64,000 nt of DNA. It comes from Clostridia bacterium. GTDB lineage: Bacteria; Bacillota; Clostridia; UBA1212; DUPL01. Below are positions 30,819 to 40,503 of this stretch, in pieces. The position numbers and the translations under genes were made by a program. Each line of letters starts with the position of its first letter. Position 1 is the first letter of the stretch. A model generated the notes under the pieces. The model was given only the letters and a program-made list of their open reading frames with translations. It had not been told where the DNA came from and ran no database searches. The DNA lies in assembly GCA_050951325.1 (NCBI GenBank), contig JBMNIW010000012.1, positions 512,001-576,000 of the forward strand, given 5' to 3'.

Positions 30819-32642
30819 ATGAGTTTTATAAACCCCTGGGGTTTGATTTCATTCATATCAATACCAATATTAATAGTCCTGTATATTTTAAAACAGCAGC
30901 ACAGCGAGCATGTGGTGTCCAGCACATATTTGTGGAAAAAAACGGAAATGTTTATGCAGGCATCCACTCCCTGGCAGAAGCTGAGAAAGAACCTTCTGTT
31001 TTTTCTTCAGCTATTAATGCTTTTATTTTTGTCTCTCGCCATATCGCGACCTGTAATACTTAGTGAAGCCCTTGACGAGGATTTTATAGTAATCATAGAT
31101 ACTTCCGCCAGCATGCGAGCAGAAGATGTATCCCCAAACAGGTTTGAATATTCCAAAAAAGAGATATTAAGGCTGGTGAATGGTCTTTTGCCAGGCCAGA
31201 AAATGAGCCTTATTGAAGCAGGCAACACCGTAACGCTTCTTGTATCCAGGTCCGACAATAAACAGGTGCTGAGAGAAGCCTTGGAAAAACTGGAATGTGG
31301 GTATTCGGATGCAAATATTGACGGTGCTTATTCTCTTGCCGACAGTATTATAAAGGAGAGTAACACCAGCAAGGTAATATTGTACTCAGACAAGGATTAT
31401 GAGGACAGTGGCAATTTGAGCATTGTAAATGTGGCAAAATCAAGAGAAAATGTGGCAATCACCCAAGCCACTGCCGCATATGTTGACGACAGCTATACGG
31501 TGATGTCGACAGTAGTTAACTACGGAAGTGACAAAAGCGTTACATTGGAGCTATATGTCGATGACAGGCTGGTGGATGCAAAAACCGTACTATGCGAAAA
31601 GGAAAAACCCGTTCACACATACTGGAGAAACATATCGCAGGAAGCAGGCTTTGTGAAAATAAAGATTACGGAGAAGGATGTATTGCCCATAGACAATGAA
31701 GCTTATGCGGTATTGTCCAAGAATGAAAGACAAAAGATTTTGCTAGTAAGTGAGGAAAGCTATTTTATAGAAAAAGTGCTGCAGGCAATCGGAAATTTTG
31801 ACATATACAAAACAACAAAGGACAAGGCGGAAAGTCAAAAGGGCTTTGATTTATATATCTATGACGGATTTGTACCGAGCAGCTTTCAGAATGATGGAAA
31901 CGTATGGGTTATAAACCCTACCAGGAGCTTTCTGGGATTGTCCCTTGGTGATTTAATTAAGGGAAGCGCATTGGATTCTGTTGAAACATTTTCAGGGAAG
32001 GCGCTTTCCACATATATTGATGCTGCCAATATTTATCTTGCAAGATTCTGGGCAGTTACATCCCATAACGATTGGGAAGTTGCCATGAAATGCGGCGAAT
32101 TGCCTGCCATTGTGACTCGTACAACTGAATCATCCCAGCAGTTTATAGCACTTTTATTCAATATATCGGAAACGAATCTGCCTCTTTTGAAAGAGTTTCC
32201 CGTTCTTGTTCAGAACATGCTGACTTACACTATGCCCTCTTTGTTGGATGGCGATGTCAAGTTTGTATCTGGAGAGCATATAGAGATACGGGCGCTGCCA
32301 AATGCGCAGAAGGTGGAAGTAACATCTCCCAAGAATGTAAAAACCACCGTTGCGCCTCCATTTCCACCAAGAGGATATGAGGCAACAGTGCCTGGACTGT
32401 ATCATATAAGACAGGAAGTACGCAGAGGCGAGGATAACATAAAGGTTAATGAAGGTTACTTTACAGTATCAATTCCAGGCAACGAATCAGCATTGCTTTC
32501 TAAAGGCCATTCCCTGGATATTGGAGAAAGTACCAATCAAAAAGTCAAGGGAGCGATTGAACTTTGGCCTTATTTACTACTCCTTGTGATTTTTATCGGA
32601 ATGACGGAATGGTGGGTGTATTATCGTGGGAATCAGCTTTGA
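30819..32642 (+). CDS. BatA N-terminal + VWA domain membrane protein
   Basis: FINPWGL...YILK...VSSTYLW; MIDAS DTSASM; C-terminal TM EWWVY. Confidence 0.88.
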   Translation: MSFINPWGLISFISIPILIVLYILKQQHSEHVVSSTYLWKKTEMFMQASTPWQKLRKNLLFFLQLLMLLFLSLAISRPVILSEALDEDFIVIIDTSASMRAEDVSPNRFEYSKKEILRLVNGLLPGQKMSLIEAGNTVTLLVSRSDNKQVLREALEKLECGYSDANIDGAYSLADSIIKESNTSKVILYSDKDYEDSGNLSIVNVAKSRENVAITQATAAYVDDSYTVMSTVVNYGSDKSVTLELYVDDRLVDAKTVLCEKEKPVHTYWRNISQEAGFVKIKITEKDVLPIDNEAYAVLSKNERQKILLVSEESYFIEKVLQAIGNFDIYKTTKDKAESQKGFDLYIYDGFVPSSFQNDGNVWVINPTRSFLGLSLGDLIKGSALDSVETFSGKALSTYIDAANIYLARFWAVTSHNDWEVAMKCGELPAIVTRTTESSQQFIALLFNISETNLPLLKEFPVLVQNMLTYTMPSLLDGDVKFVSGEHIEIRALPNAQKVEVTSPKNVKTTVAPPFPPRGYEATVPGLYHIRQEVRRGEDNIKVNEGYFTVSIPGNESALLSKGHSLDIGESTNQKVKGAIELWPYLLLLVIFIGMTEWWVYYRGNQL

Positions 32643-35415
32643 AAGACCTATGTTTCTTATATTGGCAATTCCTTTGCTTGCCTTTACGCTAATACCCTGG
32701 TTCAAGCTTTCCAAAACAACCAGAAGAAGCGGAAAGCATGTTTTGTCCTTGACATTAAGGATAATCTGCATTGTTTTGACTACATTGCTTCTGTCAGGTT
32801 TTATGACTGTAAAGCAGACAAAGAAGACCTCGGTTATAATTCTTGCAGACTTGTCCGACAGTACAAGACATGTAAGGCAGCAGATGAACAACTATGTCAG
32901 GGATGCTGTGGAGCATGCAGACAAGGAGACCAGAATAGGTCTTATGACTTTTGGGTATGACACGGTATATGAGCTGCCATTGACCACGGATTTGAGATTT
33001 GTTTCTTTTGAGACATCCCCGCAGGGAAACCATACAAATCTGGCCAACGCAATAATTATGGCCAATGCCATGATGCCTTCTGATACCAATAGAAGAATAA
33101 TTATACTGACTGATGGAAAGCAAACCATAGGGGATGCCCTGGAAAGTGCAAGACAGGTGGCTGCACAGGGTGTAAGGATAGATGCTATTCTATTGGAAAC
33201 CGGAACTGTTGGCAAGGAAGTACAGGTTAATAAAATCAACCTGCCTGAAACCCTTTATGTAGGCGAAGAGTATGAACTTGTTGTTGAGATTGAAAGTAAT
33301 TATAAAGCGGATGCTGTATTAAGACTGTTTGATGAGCAGGAACTGAAGACTGTTCAGAACATAAGCCTACAGGAAGGCATCAACAAATTTGTGTTTACAG
33401 ATGTGGCAACCGCACCCGGTGTGAAGAACTACAGGGTTGAAATTGAAACAAAAGAGGACGATATATTAAGAAACAACAGAATGTACAGTTATATTAGGGT
33501 ATTGGGAACGCCCCGTCTTCTAATCATAGATGGTACGGGCAACGAATCCCATGAGTTTGTAAAAATTCTTGGGGATACTGCCAATTATGATGTCGTATCG
33601 CCTAGAATGGCGCCTACCACTTTGGAGAATCTGCGCAAGTATGAAAGTGTTGTAATGATGAATGTTAGCAAGTCCGATCTTCCACAGGGATTTGACGATA
33701 TGCTGGAGCAGTATGTACGTCAGCTGGGAAGAGGTCTCCTTACAGTTGGAGGAGATGAATCCTACGCTCTTGGAGGTTGGGCGGACAGTACTTTGGAAAA
33801 GATTCTACCTGTTAATGTATATCAGAGGGATGAAGGGGAAATCGCAAGTCTGGCCCTTGTAATCTTGATTGACAATTCCGGCAGTATGCAGTCAGGGCAC
33901 AACAGTCCTTTGGAACTTGCCAAGGAAGGTGCGGCAAGAGCAGTCAGATCTTTGAAAAACATAGACGAGGTTGGAGTTATTGCCTTTTCCGACAACGCAA
34001 AAAGAATTGTTGAAATGACCAGTGGGGAAGACAAGGATTATGTCATAAACAGGATTGCCAGGATACCTTCCGGAGGTGGAACCATGATGTATACTGCAAT
34101 GGAAATGGCGTATAACGATCTTGTAAATAGTGACAAGGCGGTAAAGCATGTAATTCTTCTGTCGGACGGTAATCCAGCAGACAAGGGTTTTGACAAAATT
34201 GCACAGATGATGAAAGAGAAAAACATTACATTAACCACCATTGCAATAGGAGGAAGTGCCAATGTTAATTTGCTTGCAAGCCTTGCACGCATTACTGAAG
34301 GGAGGATATATAAGGCGGTTAATGCAAAAGATCTACCTGATATAATGCTTCAGGAAACCTTCCTTGCCATGGGAGAATACCTTAACAACAAAACCTTTAT
34401 TCCATCATTGGTTCAGTCATCACCCGTTGTAAAAGGAATAACTTCTTTCACCCAGCTTCATGGCTATATTGGCACGGAGTTGAAAGATGCTGCCACACTG
34501 GTGCTTGCATCGGACGACGACAGACCAATTTACGCAGAGTGGCAGTATGGCCTTGGTTTTGTAGCCTCCTATACCAGCGATTTAAATGGCAAATGGTCCA
34601 AGACGCTGCTTGAGTGGGATAAGGGTCAGGACTTTATTCTAAACATGGTGTCCAGAATACTTCCTCAGGAAGAGGATCCGGACCTGGGCAGGGTTGAAAC
34701 ATCAAAGTCAGGGGACAAAGGGCATATCAAGGCTATTTTGAATACCGGTATTGAGGGTGGAGAGGACAATATAGAAACAATTGCCCAAGTCATCAGTCCA
34801 TCTGGCAAGGAAATAAATGTGCCGCTGACTCTTTCGGGTCTTGGAGTATATGAAGGAGACTTTGTACTGGAAGAAGAAGGCAACTACCTTATTAATGTTG
34901 TCCAGTACAAGGATGGAAAAGTTATTCTATCCAAGGAGTCTGCCATTGTATCTTCATACAGCGATGAATATGATGCTTTTCTAAAAAGTGGAGAGGTAAT
35001 AAATACAGTGGTAAGCAATGCCAATGGTGAGGTCTGGGACAATATACATGATATTTTAAAAATAAAACTTCTAGGTGCAAAGGAATATATAGGGTATACC
35101 TTGCCACTTTTGATTTTAATAATTATTATATTATTAATAGACATAACGATAAGAAGGCTTCAGTTTGGCAGTTTTATACGAGCTATAACTCAAAAATCCT
35201 CCGCAGGAGTTGAGATGGTTCGGGACGTTTACACAACCAGGGTAAAACCAAAAGTCTTCAAGCCTGAATCAGAAGAGAAACAAAAGGTTGCCAAGACTGA
35301 TAAGAAGGTCAAAGAGAAAAAGGATTTTGGGAAAGAAGCAGAAGAGAAAAAGCCAACCACCAGTGTCAGCTCGTTGCTGGAGGTCAAGGAAACAAAAGGC
35401 AGAAAGAAACTTTAA
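32626..35415 (+). CDS. Double VWA-domain membrane protein with glutamine-amidotransferase-like domain
   Basis: DLSDS and DNSGSM MIDAS motifs, LTDG/LSDG, GGDESYALGG, WQYGLG...SD...W; terminal TM helices. Confidence 0.85.
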   Translation: MGISFERPMFLILAIPLLAFTLIPWFKLSKTTRRSGKHVLSLTLRIICIVLTTLLLSGFMTVKQTKKTSVIILADLSDSTRHVRQQMNNYVRDAVEHADKETRIGLMTFGYDTVYELPLTTDLRFVSFETSPQGNHTNLANAIIMANAMMPSDTNRRIIILTDGKQTIGDALESARQVAAQGVRIDAILLETGTVGKEVQVNKINLPETLYVGEEYELVVEIESNYKADAVLRLFDEQELKTVQNISLQEGINKFVFTDVATAPGVKNYRVEIETKEDDILRNNRMYSYIRVLGTPRLLIIDGTGNESHEFVKILGDTANYDVVSPRMAPTTLENLRKYESVVMMNVSKSDLPQGFDDMLEQYVRQLGRGLLTVGGDESYALGGWADSTLEKILPVNVYQRDEGEIASLALVILIDNSGSMQSGHNSPLELAKEGAARAVRSLKNIDEVGVIAFSDNAKRIVEMTSGEDKDYVINRIARIPSGGGTMMYTAMEMAYNDLVNSDKAVKHVILLSDGNPADKGFDKIAQMMKEKNITLTTIAIGGSANVNLLASLARITEGRIYKAVNAKDLPDIMLQETFLAMGEYLNNKTFIPSLVQSSPVVKGITSFTQLHGYIGTELKDAATLVLASDDDRPIYAEWQYGLGFVASYTSDLNGKWSKTLLEWDKGQDFILNMVSRILPQEEDPDLGRVETSKSGDKGHIKAILNTGIEGGEDNIETIAQVISPSGKEINVPLTLSGLGVYEGDFVLEEEGNYLINVVQYKDGKVILSKESAIVSSYSDEYDAFLKSGEVINTVVSNANGEVWDNIHDILKIKLLGAKEYIGYTLPLLILIIIILLIDITIRRLQFGSFIRAITQKSSAGVEMVRDVYTTRVKPKVFKPESEEKQKVAKTDKKVKEKKDFGKEAEEKKPTTSVSSLLEVKETKGRKKL

Positions 35416-35539
35416 CAAAAAATAAATGGAAAATTTATTAAAACGGAAACTTTATTAATGCATGTGTTTAGGAAGTAAGTTATAATACGAGTAGAATGTA
35501 ATAATGTGATATTAACAACACATTGAGAGGAACCTATAA

Positions 35540-37012
35540 ATGACATTCAGACGTTTTGTATTGTATGCTATCCTGTTGATATTCATAGTTTTGCTGTTTA
35601 TCCTGATTCCAAGGACGGCTCCTTGGAAGGCAGGCTTAAGCCGTTTTAAGCCTGTAAGCATATCCTTTGCCTACTGCAGTACCAATGAGGATACGGAGGC
35701 GTTGATAAATGAAATGGTTGAAAGGTTTAACAGGTCTGTAGGAAAAGACGTAGGAATTGTTGTTGAAGCAAGGAATTACAAAAGCATAGATTATTACTCT
35801 AGTTTGGTCAGCGACTATATCGTAGGTGGCGTTACCAACGCAAAAATTAGTGACATAAACATGGTTAATTATGAAACCGCCTACCTTGCAAAGACAATGA
35901 ACAGGATAGCGTCAATAGACGATTATCTCGAAGCTGAGGAATTGTCTGAATTTATTACTGGTTACCTTGAAAGAGGAAGATATACATCCGACAGTAAAAG
36001 ATTTGTTTTTCCAATGAGCAATGATACCAAGATTATTTATGTTAACAATGTTCAGTGGGAAAGATTTAAAGAAGCAAATCCTGAATATGATGAGAGTGTA
36101 TTTGAAACCTGGGAAGACCTGGTTGAAGTATCCATGAGATATTATGACTGGACCGACAGCCTTACTCCTGATATCGAGGGAGACGGAAAGGCGTTTCTTG
36201 CATTTGATTCTCTGTCTGACTACATCTTTACAAGTTCCAACCAACTTATGAATTCCATTATACAGCCTGGCCACAAGGAGGTTAGGATAAACCTTGACAA
36301 GAGAGCCCTTTACAGGTTGTGGGAGCCAGTATACAAGGGTTTCATATATGGTGGGATATCAATTCAGAGAAGAGAAAACAAACCTGAACTTATGACGAAT
36401 GGCGAAATCGTCTGTTATATTGGTTCGACAAAAGACGTTGATGAGTTTCCATTGGCATTCATTTTCATGGATAAGGTTGGCGAAACCAAACTAAAAGTCT
36501 ACGACTTTCCTACCTTTAGAAATCAAAGAAAGGTTTCCCCAATGGAGGGAGAGGGAGTAATTGTATTAAAGTCGGATTCCAAAAAGGAGTTTGCCTGCTT
36601 CTTCTTTCTTGACTGGCTTGTCACGCAAAACGAGTATGTGCAGATGTGTTACAACGAAATGGTCATGCCGGTAAAACACGATTCTTTTTACAGCGAGTAT
36701 GCAACCACGCTTGTTGAGAATGGACTGAAAGCAAAAGAAGCCATGAAGAAGCACAGAGCAATAGTATTTGAAGCAGCTAGTCAACAGGTCTTGGAAGGCG
36801 AACCTTATGCGCCAGTGGCTTTTTCCAAAAGTCACATGTTTAAGCAGGAAGTTGAAGACAGTTTTTATGACAATGTGTTTGCAGGAATAATGGAAGTGGA
36901 TAGACTTATTGAAAAAGGTCATGATAGAAAGGTAAGCGTGGAGCAGGTACTCAGCAATGATCTTTTTGAAATATGGTTTCAGAGAGTAAAAAATATTGCA
37001 GAAAGATATTAG
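35540..37012 (+). CDS. Extracellular solute-binding protein (family 1-like)
   Basis: N-terminal TM, MVERFNRSVG, TWEDL, YYDWTD...GDGKAF, FLDWL. Confidence 0.7.
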   Translation: MTFRRFVLYAILLIFIVLLFILIPRTAPWKAGLSRFKPVSISFAYCSTNEDTEALINEMVERFNRSVGKDVGIVVEARNYKSIDYYSSLVSDYIVGGVTNAKISDINMVNYETAYLAKTMNRIASIDDYLEAEELSEFITGYLERGRYTSDSKRFVFPMSNDTKIIYVNNVQWERFKEANPEYDESVFETWEDLVEVSMRYYDWTDSLTPDIEGDGKAFLAFDSLSDYIFTSSNQLMNSIIQPGHKEVRINLDKRALYRLWEPVYKGFIYGGISIQRRENKPELMTNGEIVCYIGSTKDVDEFPLAFIFMDKVGETKLKVYDFPTFRNQRKVSPMEGEGVIVLKSDSKKEFACFFFLDWLVTQNEYVQMCYNEMVMPVKHDSFYSEYATTLVENGLKAKEAMKKHRAIVFEAASQQVLEGEPYAPVAFSKSHMFKQEVEDSFYDNVFAGIMEVDRLIEKGHDRKVSVEQVLSNDLFEIWFQRVKNIAERY

Positions 37013-37055
37013 AAGGGTTAAAATTATTGAAAACTATTTTTTGGGAGGACGTTCA

Positions 37056-38465
37056 ATGATACGTTTTGGAACAGGCGGATGGCGCGCTATAATTGGAGAC
37101 GGCTTTACGAAAGAAAATGTGAGAATACTTTCACAGGCGATTTGTGAGGATATGAGGGAAGATACAAAAGGAATAGTTATTGGATATGATAGACGATTTT
37201 TATCAGACAGCGCCGCCAGATGGGCAGCTGAAGTTTTTGCAGGAAACAACATTAAAGTGCATTTTATAGACAGAGTATCCCCAACACCCATGGTTATGTT
37301 TGCTGTAAAGGAATTGGGGACAAGGTATGGAATGTCCATTACTGCAAGCCACAATCCTGCTGCGTACAACGGTATAAAGGTGTTTACCGAAGGAGGCAGA
37401 GATGCCGACAAGAGTGTTACGGACAAGCTTGAGAGAATAATGGCTGAGGGAATGGAAGTAAAGGCTTTTGATTTTGACAAGGCTTTGGCTCAGGGGCTTA
37501 TAGTTATAAATCACGGTATCTATAACATCTATATTGACAGCATCATCTCAATGATTAACATGGATGCGATAAGAAGCAAGAATTTAAGAGTTCTACTTGA
37601 CCCCATGTTTGGAGTAAGCAAGACATCCTTGCAGACAATTCTTATGACTGCAAGATGCGATGTGGATATAATTAACGACAGGCATGACACTCTTTTTGGA
37701 GGTAGACTGCCTTCTCCGTCCGCAGGCACTTTGACAAGGCTTTCAGAGCTTGTTGTGGAAAAGGGATATGATATTGGAATTGGTACTGATGGAGATGCGG
37801 ACAGAATAGGTATCATAGACGACAAGGGCAGGTTTATCCATCCCAATGAAATTCTCGTCCTGCTATACTACTACCTTATCAAATACAAGGGATGGAATGG
37901 CGATGCGGTAAGGAATATTGCCACCACCCATATCTTGGATAGGATTGCGGAAGATCATGGCTTTAAATGTCATGAGGTTAAGGTTGGTTTCAAGCACATA
38001 TCATCAAAGATGGAGGAAACCGATGCGTTAATCGGAGGAGAGTCCAGCGGCGGTCTTACCATAAAGGGACATATTAAAGGCAAGGATGGTATTTTTGCAG
38101 CTTCCCTGCTGGTTGAAATGATTTGCGTAACCGATAAAAAGCTATCTGAAATGCTTGATGAGATTTATGAGAAATATGGAAGAACATATATGAAGGAGTA
38201 TGACACCAAGTTTACAGAGGAAAAGAAGCAGTATCTTATTGATCTTTTGTTTGAACAAAAGAAGCTGCCAGATTTTAGAGGCAGACTTGGTTACAAGATT
38301 GAGAAAATTAGTTATCTGGATGGTGTCAAAGTATACTTTGCAAATGGCGGTTGGGTAATTGTAAGATTTAGTGGTACTGAGCCTTTGATAAGGGTGTTCT
38401 GCGAAATGGAAAATGAAAAGGATGCAACTGAAGTTATAGATTTGGTAAAAGAGTTTATAAAATAA
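37056..38465 (+). CDS. Phosphoglucomutase/phosphomannomutase
   Basis: FGTGGWR, TASHNP, DGDADR, GGESSGG, RFSGTEP. Confidence 0.93.
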   Translation: MIRFGTGGWRAIIGDGFTKENVRILSQAICEDMREDTKGIVIGYDRRFLSDSAARWAAEVFAGNNIKVHFIDRVSPTPMVMFAVKELGTRYGMSITASHNPAAYNGIKVFTEGGRDADKSVTDKLERIMAEGMEVKAFDFDKALAQGLIVINHGIYNIYIDSIISMINMDAIRSKNLRVLLDPMFGVSKTSLQTILMTARCDVDIINDRHDTLFGGRLPSPSAGTLTRLSELVVEKGYDIGIGTDGDADRIGIIDDKGRFIHPNEILVLLYYYLIKYKGWNGDAVRNIATTHILDRIAEDHGFKCHEVKVGFKHISSKMEETDALIGGESSGGLTIKGHIKGKDGIFAASLLVEMICVTDKKLSEMLDEIYEKYGRTYMKEYDTKFTEEKKQYLIDLLFEQKKLPDFRGRLGYKIEKISYLDGVKVYFANGGWVIVRFSGTEPLIRVFCEMENEKDATEVIDLVKEFIK

Positions 38466-38492
38466 AAAGGCTGTCGCATATTGCGACAGCTT
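38464..38492. terminator. Terminator hairpin between convergent genes
   Basis: AAAAAGGCTGTCGCA-TAT-TGCGACAGCTT. Confidence 0.75.
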
Positions 38493-38494
38493 AG

Positions 38495-39265
38495 CTATCT
38501 TATATACTTGAAGGCTTCATCAAACACTTCCTTAAGCATCTTTAATTCATAATCCCTGTCTACGTAATCTTCCCTGACTTCAGTGTTTGTTTCGATAAAG
38601 GAATGCCTGAAATTGTTGTCAGCATTAAAGAACTGTATCGCTTCATCCGCATCTTTAAACTTTAATGCGCATTGGCTTACAAGAATGGTACTTTGTGTTT
38701 TTAGCACCTTGCTGCTTCCTTTTTGTACACTAAGCCATATCTTTGAGTTTTCAACTCCTTCTATTTCCATGGAATAGTTCTTCTTTGACGCGTCTTTCAG
38801 CCACTTGGTCACAACTTCATTACCTTCTTTTCTCAATTCATTCAATGCGCTGAAAATTGTGAAGAAATACATTTTTGCAATAAGTTGTTTCTCATCTTGT
38901 GTTGCTTTTTTGTTATGATAAAGTGATATTGTTTTTTTCAGAAGACTGTTAAATGAAAAAACTTGCAAAGGATTGAAAAATCCCTTTATCATGGGCATGC
39001 CCTTGTTTTCAAGACAGTATTTCGCCAGTTTGTTAATAGATGAAAAATGCAGTATACAGTCAGGCTTGCCTTCAAAAATACCATGTCTTGCAAACACTTC
39101 CTCGTCTTTTATTTCCAAATACATGCCGCTTAATTCTTTCTTGTTGTCAACCGTAATCTGATAAATTTTGTTTCCGCCCGTGTTTCCTAAACTTTCCGCT
39201 ACCAGCTGCATGTTTGGCAGCACAGCATAAAGCATTACAACTTTCTTAAACTTATCCAATGCCAT
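38495..39265 (-). CDS. Hypothetical protein, possibly SCP2-like domains; downstream of pspC-like gene
   Basis: AGGAGG RBS; KPDCILHFSS and CALKFKDAD resemble SCP2 sterol-carrier segments. Confidence 0.6.
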   Translation of the reverse strand: MALDKFKKVVMLYAVLPNMQLVAESLGNTGGNKIYQITVDNKKELSGMYLEIKDEEVFARHGIFEGKPDCILHFSSINKLAKYCLENKGMPMIKGFFNPLQVFSFNSLLKKTISLYHNKKATQDEKQLIAKMYFFTIFSALNELRKEGNEVVTKWLKDASKKNYSMEIEGVENSKIWLSVQKGSSKVLKTQSTILVSQCALKFKDADEAIQFFNADNNFRHSFIETNTEVREDYVDRDYELKMLKEVFDEAFKYIR

Positions 39266-39284
39266 AACCTCCTGATTATTGTAT

Positions 39285-39473
39285 TTATTCCTCCTCAGGA
39301 ATAACCAGGGCACAAATAATATAGATTAGAATTCCGGTTCCATACGCCAGTGTTAGAACTGCCCAAAGAAGTCTTACGATTGTAGGATCCAAATTCAAGT
39401 AGTCAGCAATACCTGAACATACCCCCGCAATCTTCCTGTCGTTTCTTTTTCTATATATCCTTTTCTGGCTCAT
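39285..39473 (-). CDS. PspC domain protein (copy 1)
   Basis: YRKRNDRKIAGVCSGIADYLNLDPTIVRL...YIICALVIPEE. Confidence 0.92.
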   Translation of the reverse strand: MSQKRIYRKRNDRKIAGVCSGIADYLNLDPTIVRLLWAVLTLAYGTGILIYIICALVIPEEE

Positions 39474-39557
39474 AAGTTTCCCCTTTGAAGTTAATTTCCA
39501 AAAAAATTATATCACACAATTTTTATGCGAACAAGACGAGATAAACTTTCTCATAAT

Positions 39558-39592
39558 AAAAAAGCTGCACATTGTCTATTCACAATGTGCAG
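39558..39592 (-). terminator. Terminator of the NPETSD gene (copy 1)
   Basis: CTGCACATTGT-N6-ACAATGTGCAG with T-tract on the minus strand. Confidence 0.75.
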
Positions 39593-39611
39593 TCTCTTTG
39601 AGGACAAATTG

Positions 39612-40247
39612 TTATTTTACTCTTCTTCTCTTTAAGGGTACAAAACCAGCCAATGTAAGTACAACCAGAGGAATCATACCCATGTCAGATGTTTCTGGAT
39701 TTTGCTTTGCTATAAACTTTATGCCAGTGATTACAAACCCTGGAGTGAAAGATGGATCAAGGTGATTTGCTACAAAAACCTCACCTTTGTAGTCTGAATC
39801 AAGGTCAAGAGTCAAATCCACTCTACCCTGCCATCCGCCGGATACACTGCCTTCAAACACATATTTTACAATTACTCCTGCATCCTCGTCACTTACTTGC
39901 TCGCCTCCTGCAGTTTGTAGGGCACCTTTGGTTGTAAAACCGAAAGCTGTATTTTTTTCATCGTAGTTTTCAGCACTTCCTCTTGCATATGTAACCACTA
40001 TGGCCTCATACTTGCTTAAATCAATTTCTCCGAGACTTGCATAAGCCCCAAAGTTACACATGGCAATGACATGCGTCTCGTCATAACCAGCAGCAGGCCA
40101 CAGTCCCAATGGTGAATTATTGTTGAAACCTGCCTTACCTTCGATTTGCGATATATCGATTACCAAATCCTCATTTGCCGATACACCCAAAGAAAGCAAG
40201 CTTAACATTAACGACAATGCTAACACAATAGCAAAAATCCTATTCAT
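39612..40247 (-). CDS. Secreted CBM6-like protein with NPETSD sorting-signal-like C-terminus (copy 1)
   Basis: Signal peptide (VSA), IDLSKYEAIVVTYA and GGWQ beta-sandwich pattern, NPETSD + hydrophobic helix + KRRRVK. Confidence 0.65.
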   Translation of the reverse strand: MNRIFAIVLALSLMLSLLSLGVSANEDLVIDISQIEGKAGFNNNSPLGLWPAAGYDETHVIAMCNFGAYASLGEIDLSKYEAIVVTYARGSAENYDEKNTAFGFTTKGALQTAGGEQVSDEDAGVIVKYVFEGSVSGGWQGRVDLTLDLDSDYKGEVFVANHLDPSFTPGFVITGIKFIAKQNPETSDMGMIPLVVLTLAGFVPLKRRRVK

Positions 40248-40503
40248 TTTTACACCTCCGATAATGTCTGATATGTTAATTATATTACTTCTCAGTTTTA
40301 TGTCAACATTAAATGGTACGATTTATTAATGTTTATTTACTACCAAGTCCAGAGTTAAATCCACTTTACACTAATTATATGATTGTTATTCTATTGTCAA
40401 CACAAACGAAGAATTAAATTATATTGCTGACGGAAAAAGTCAATAATATTAAACGGAAATTAACAAGACTATATGGAAAAATACTGTTAATATTATTATA
40501 ATA

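Larger units (their letters stand above)
39238..40503 (+). repeat. Direct repeat copy 1 (~1.25 kb) abutting the IS left end
   Basis: Begins CAACTTTCTTAAACTTATCC and ends TATTATAATA, the same ends as 42436..43671. Confidence 0.9.
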
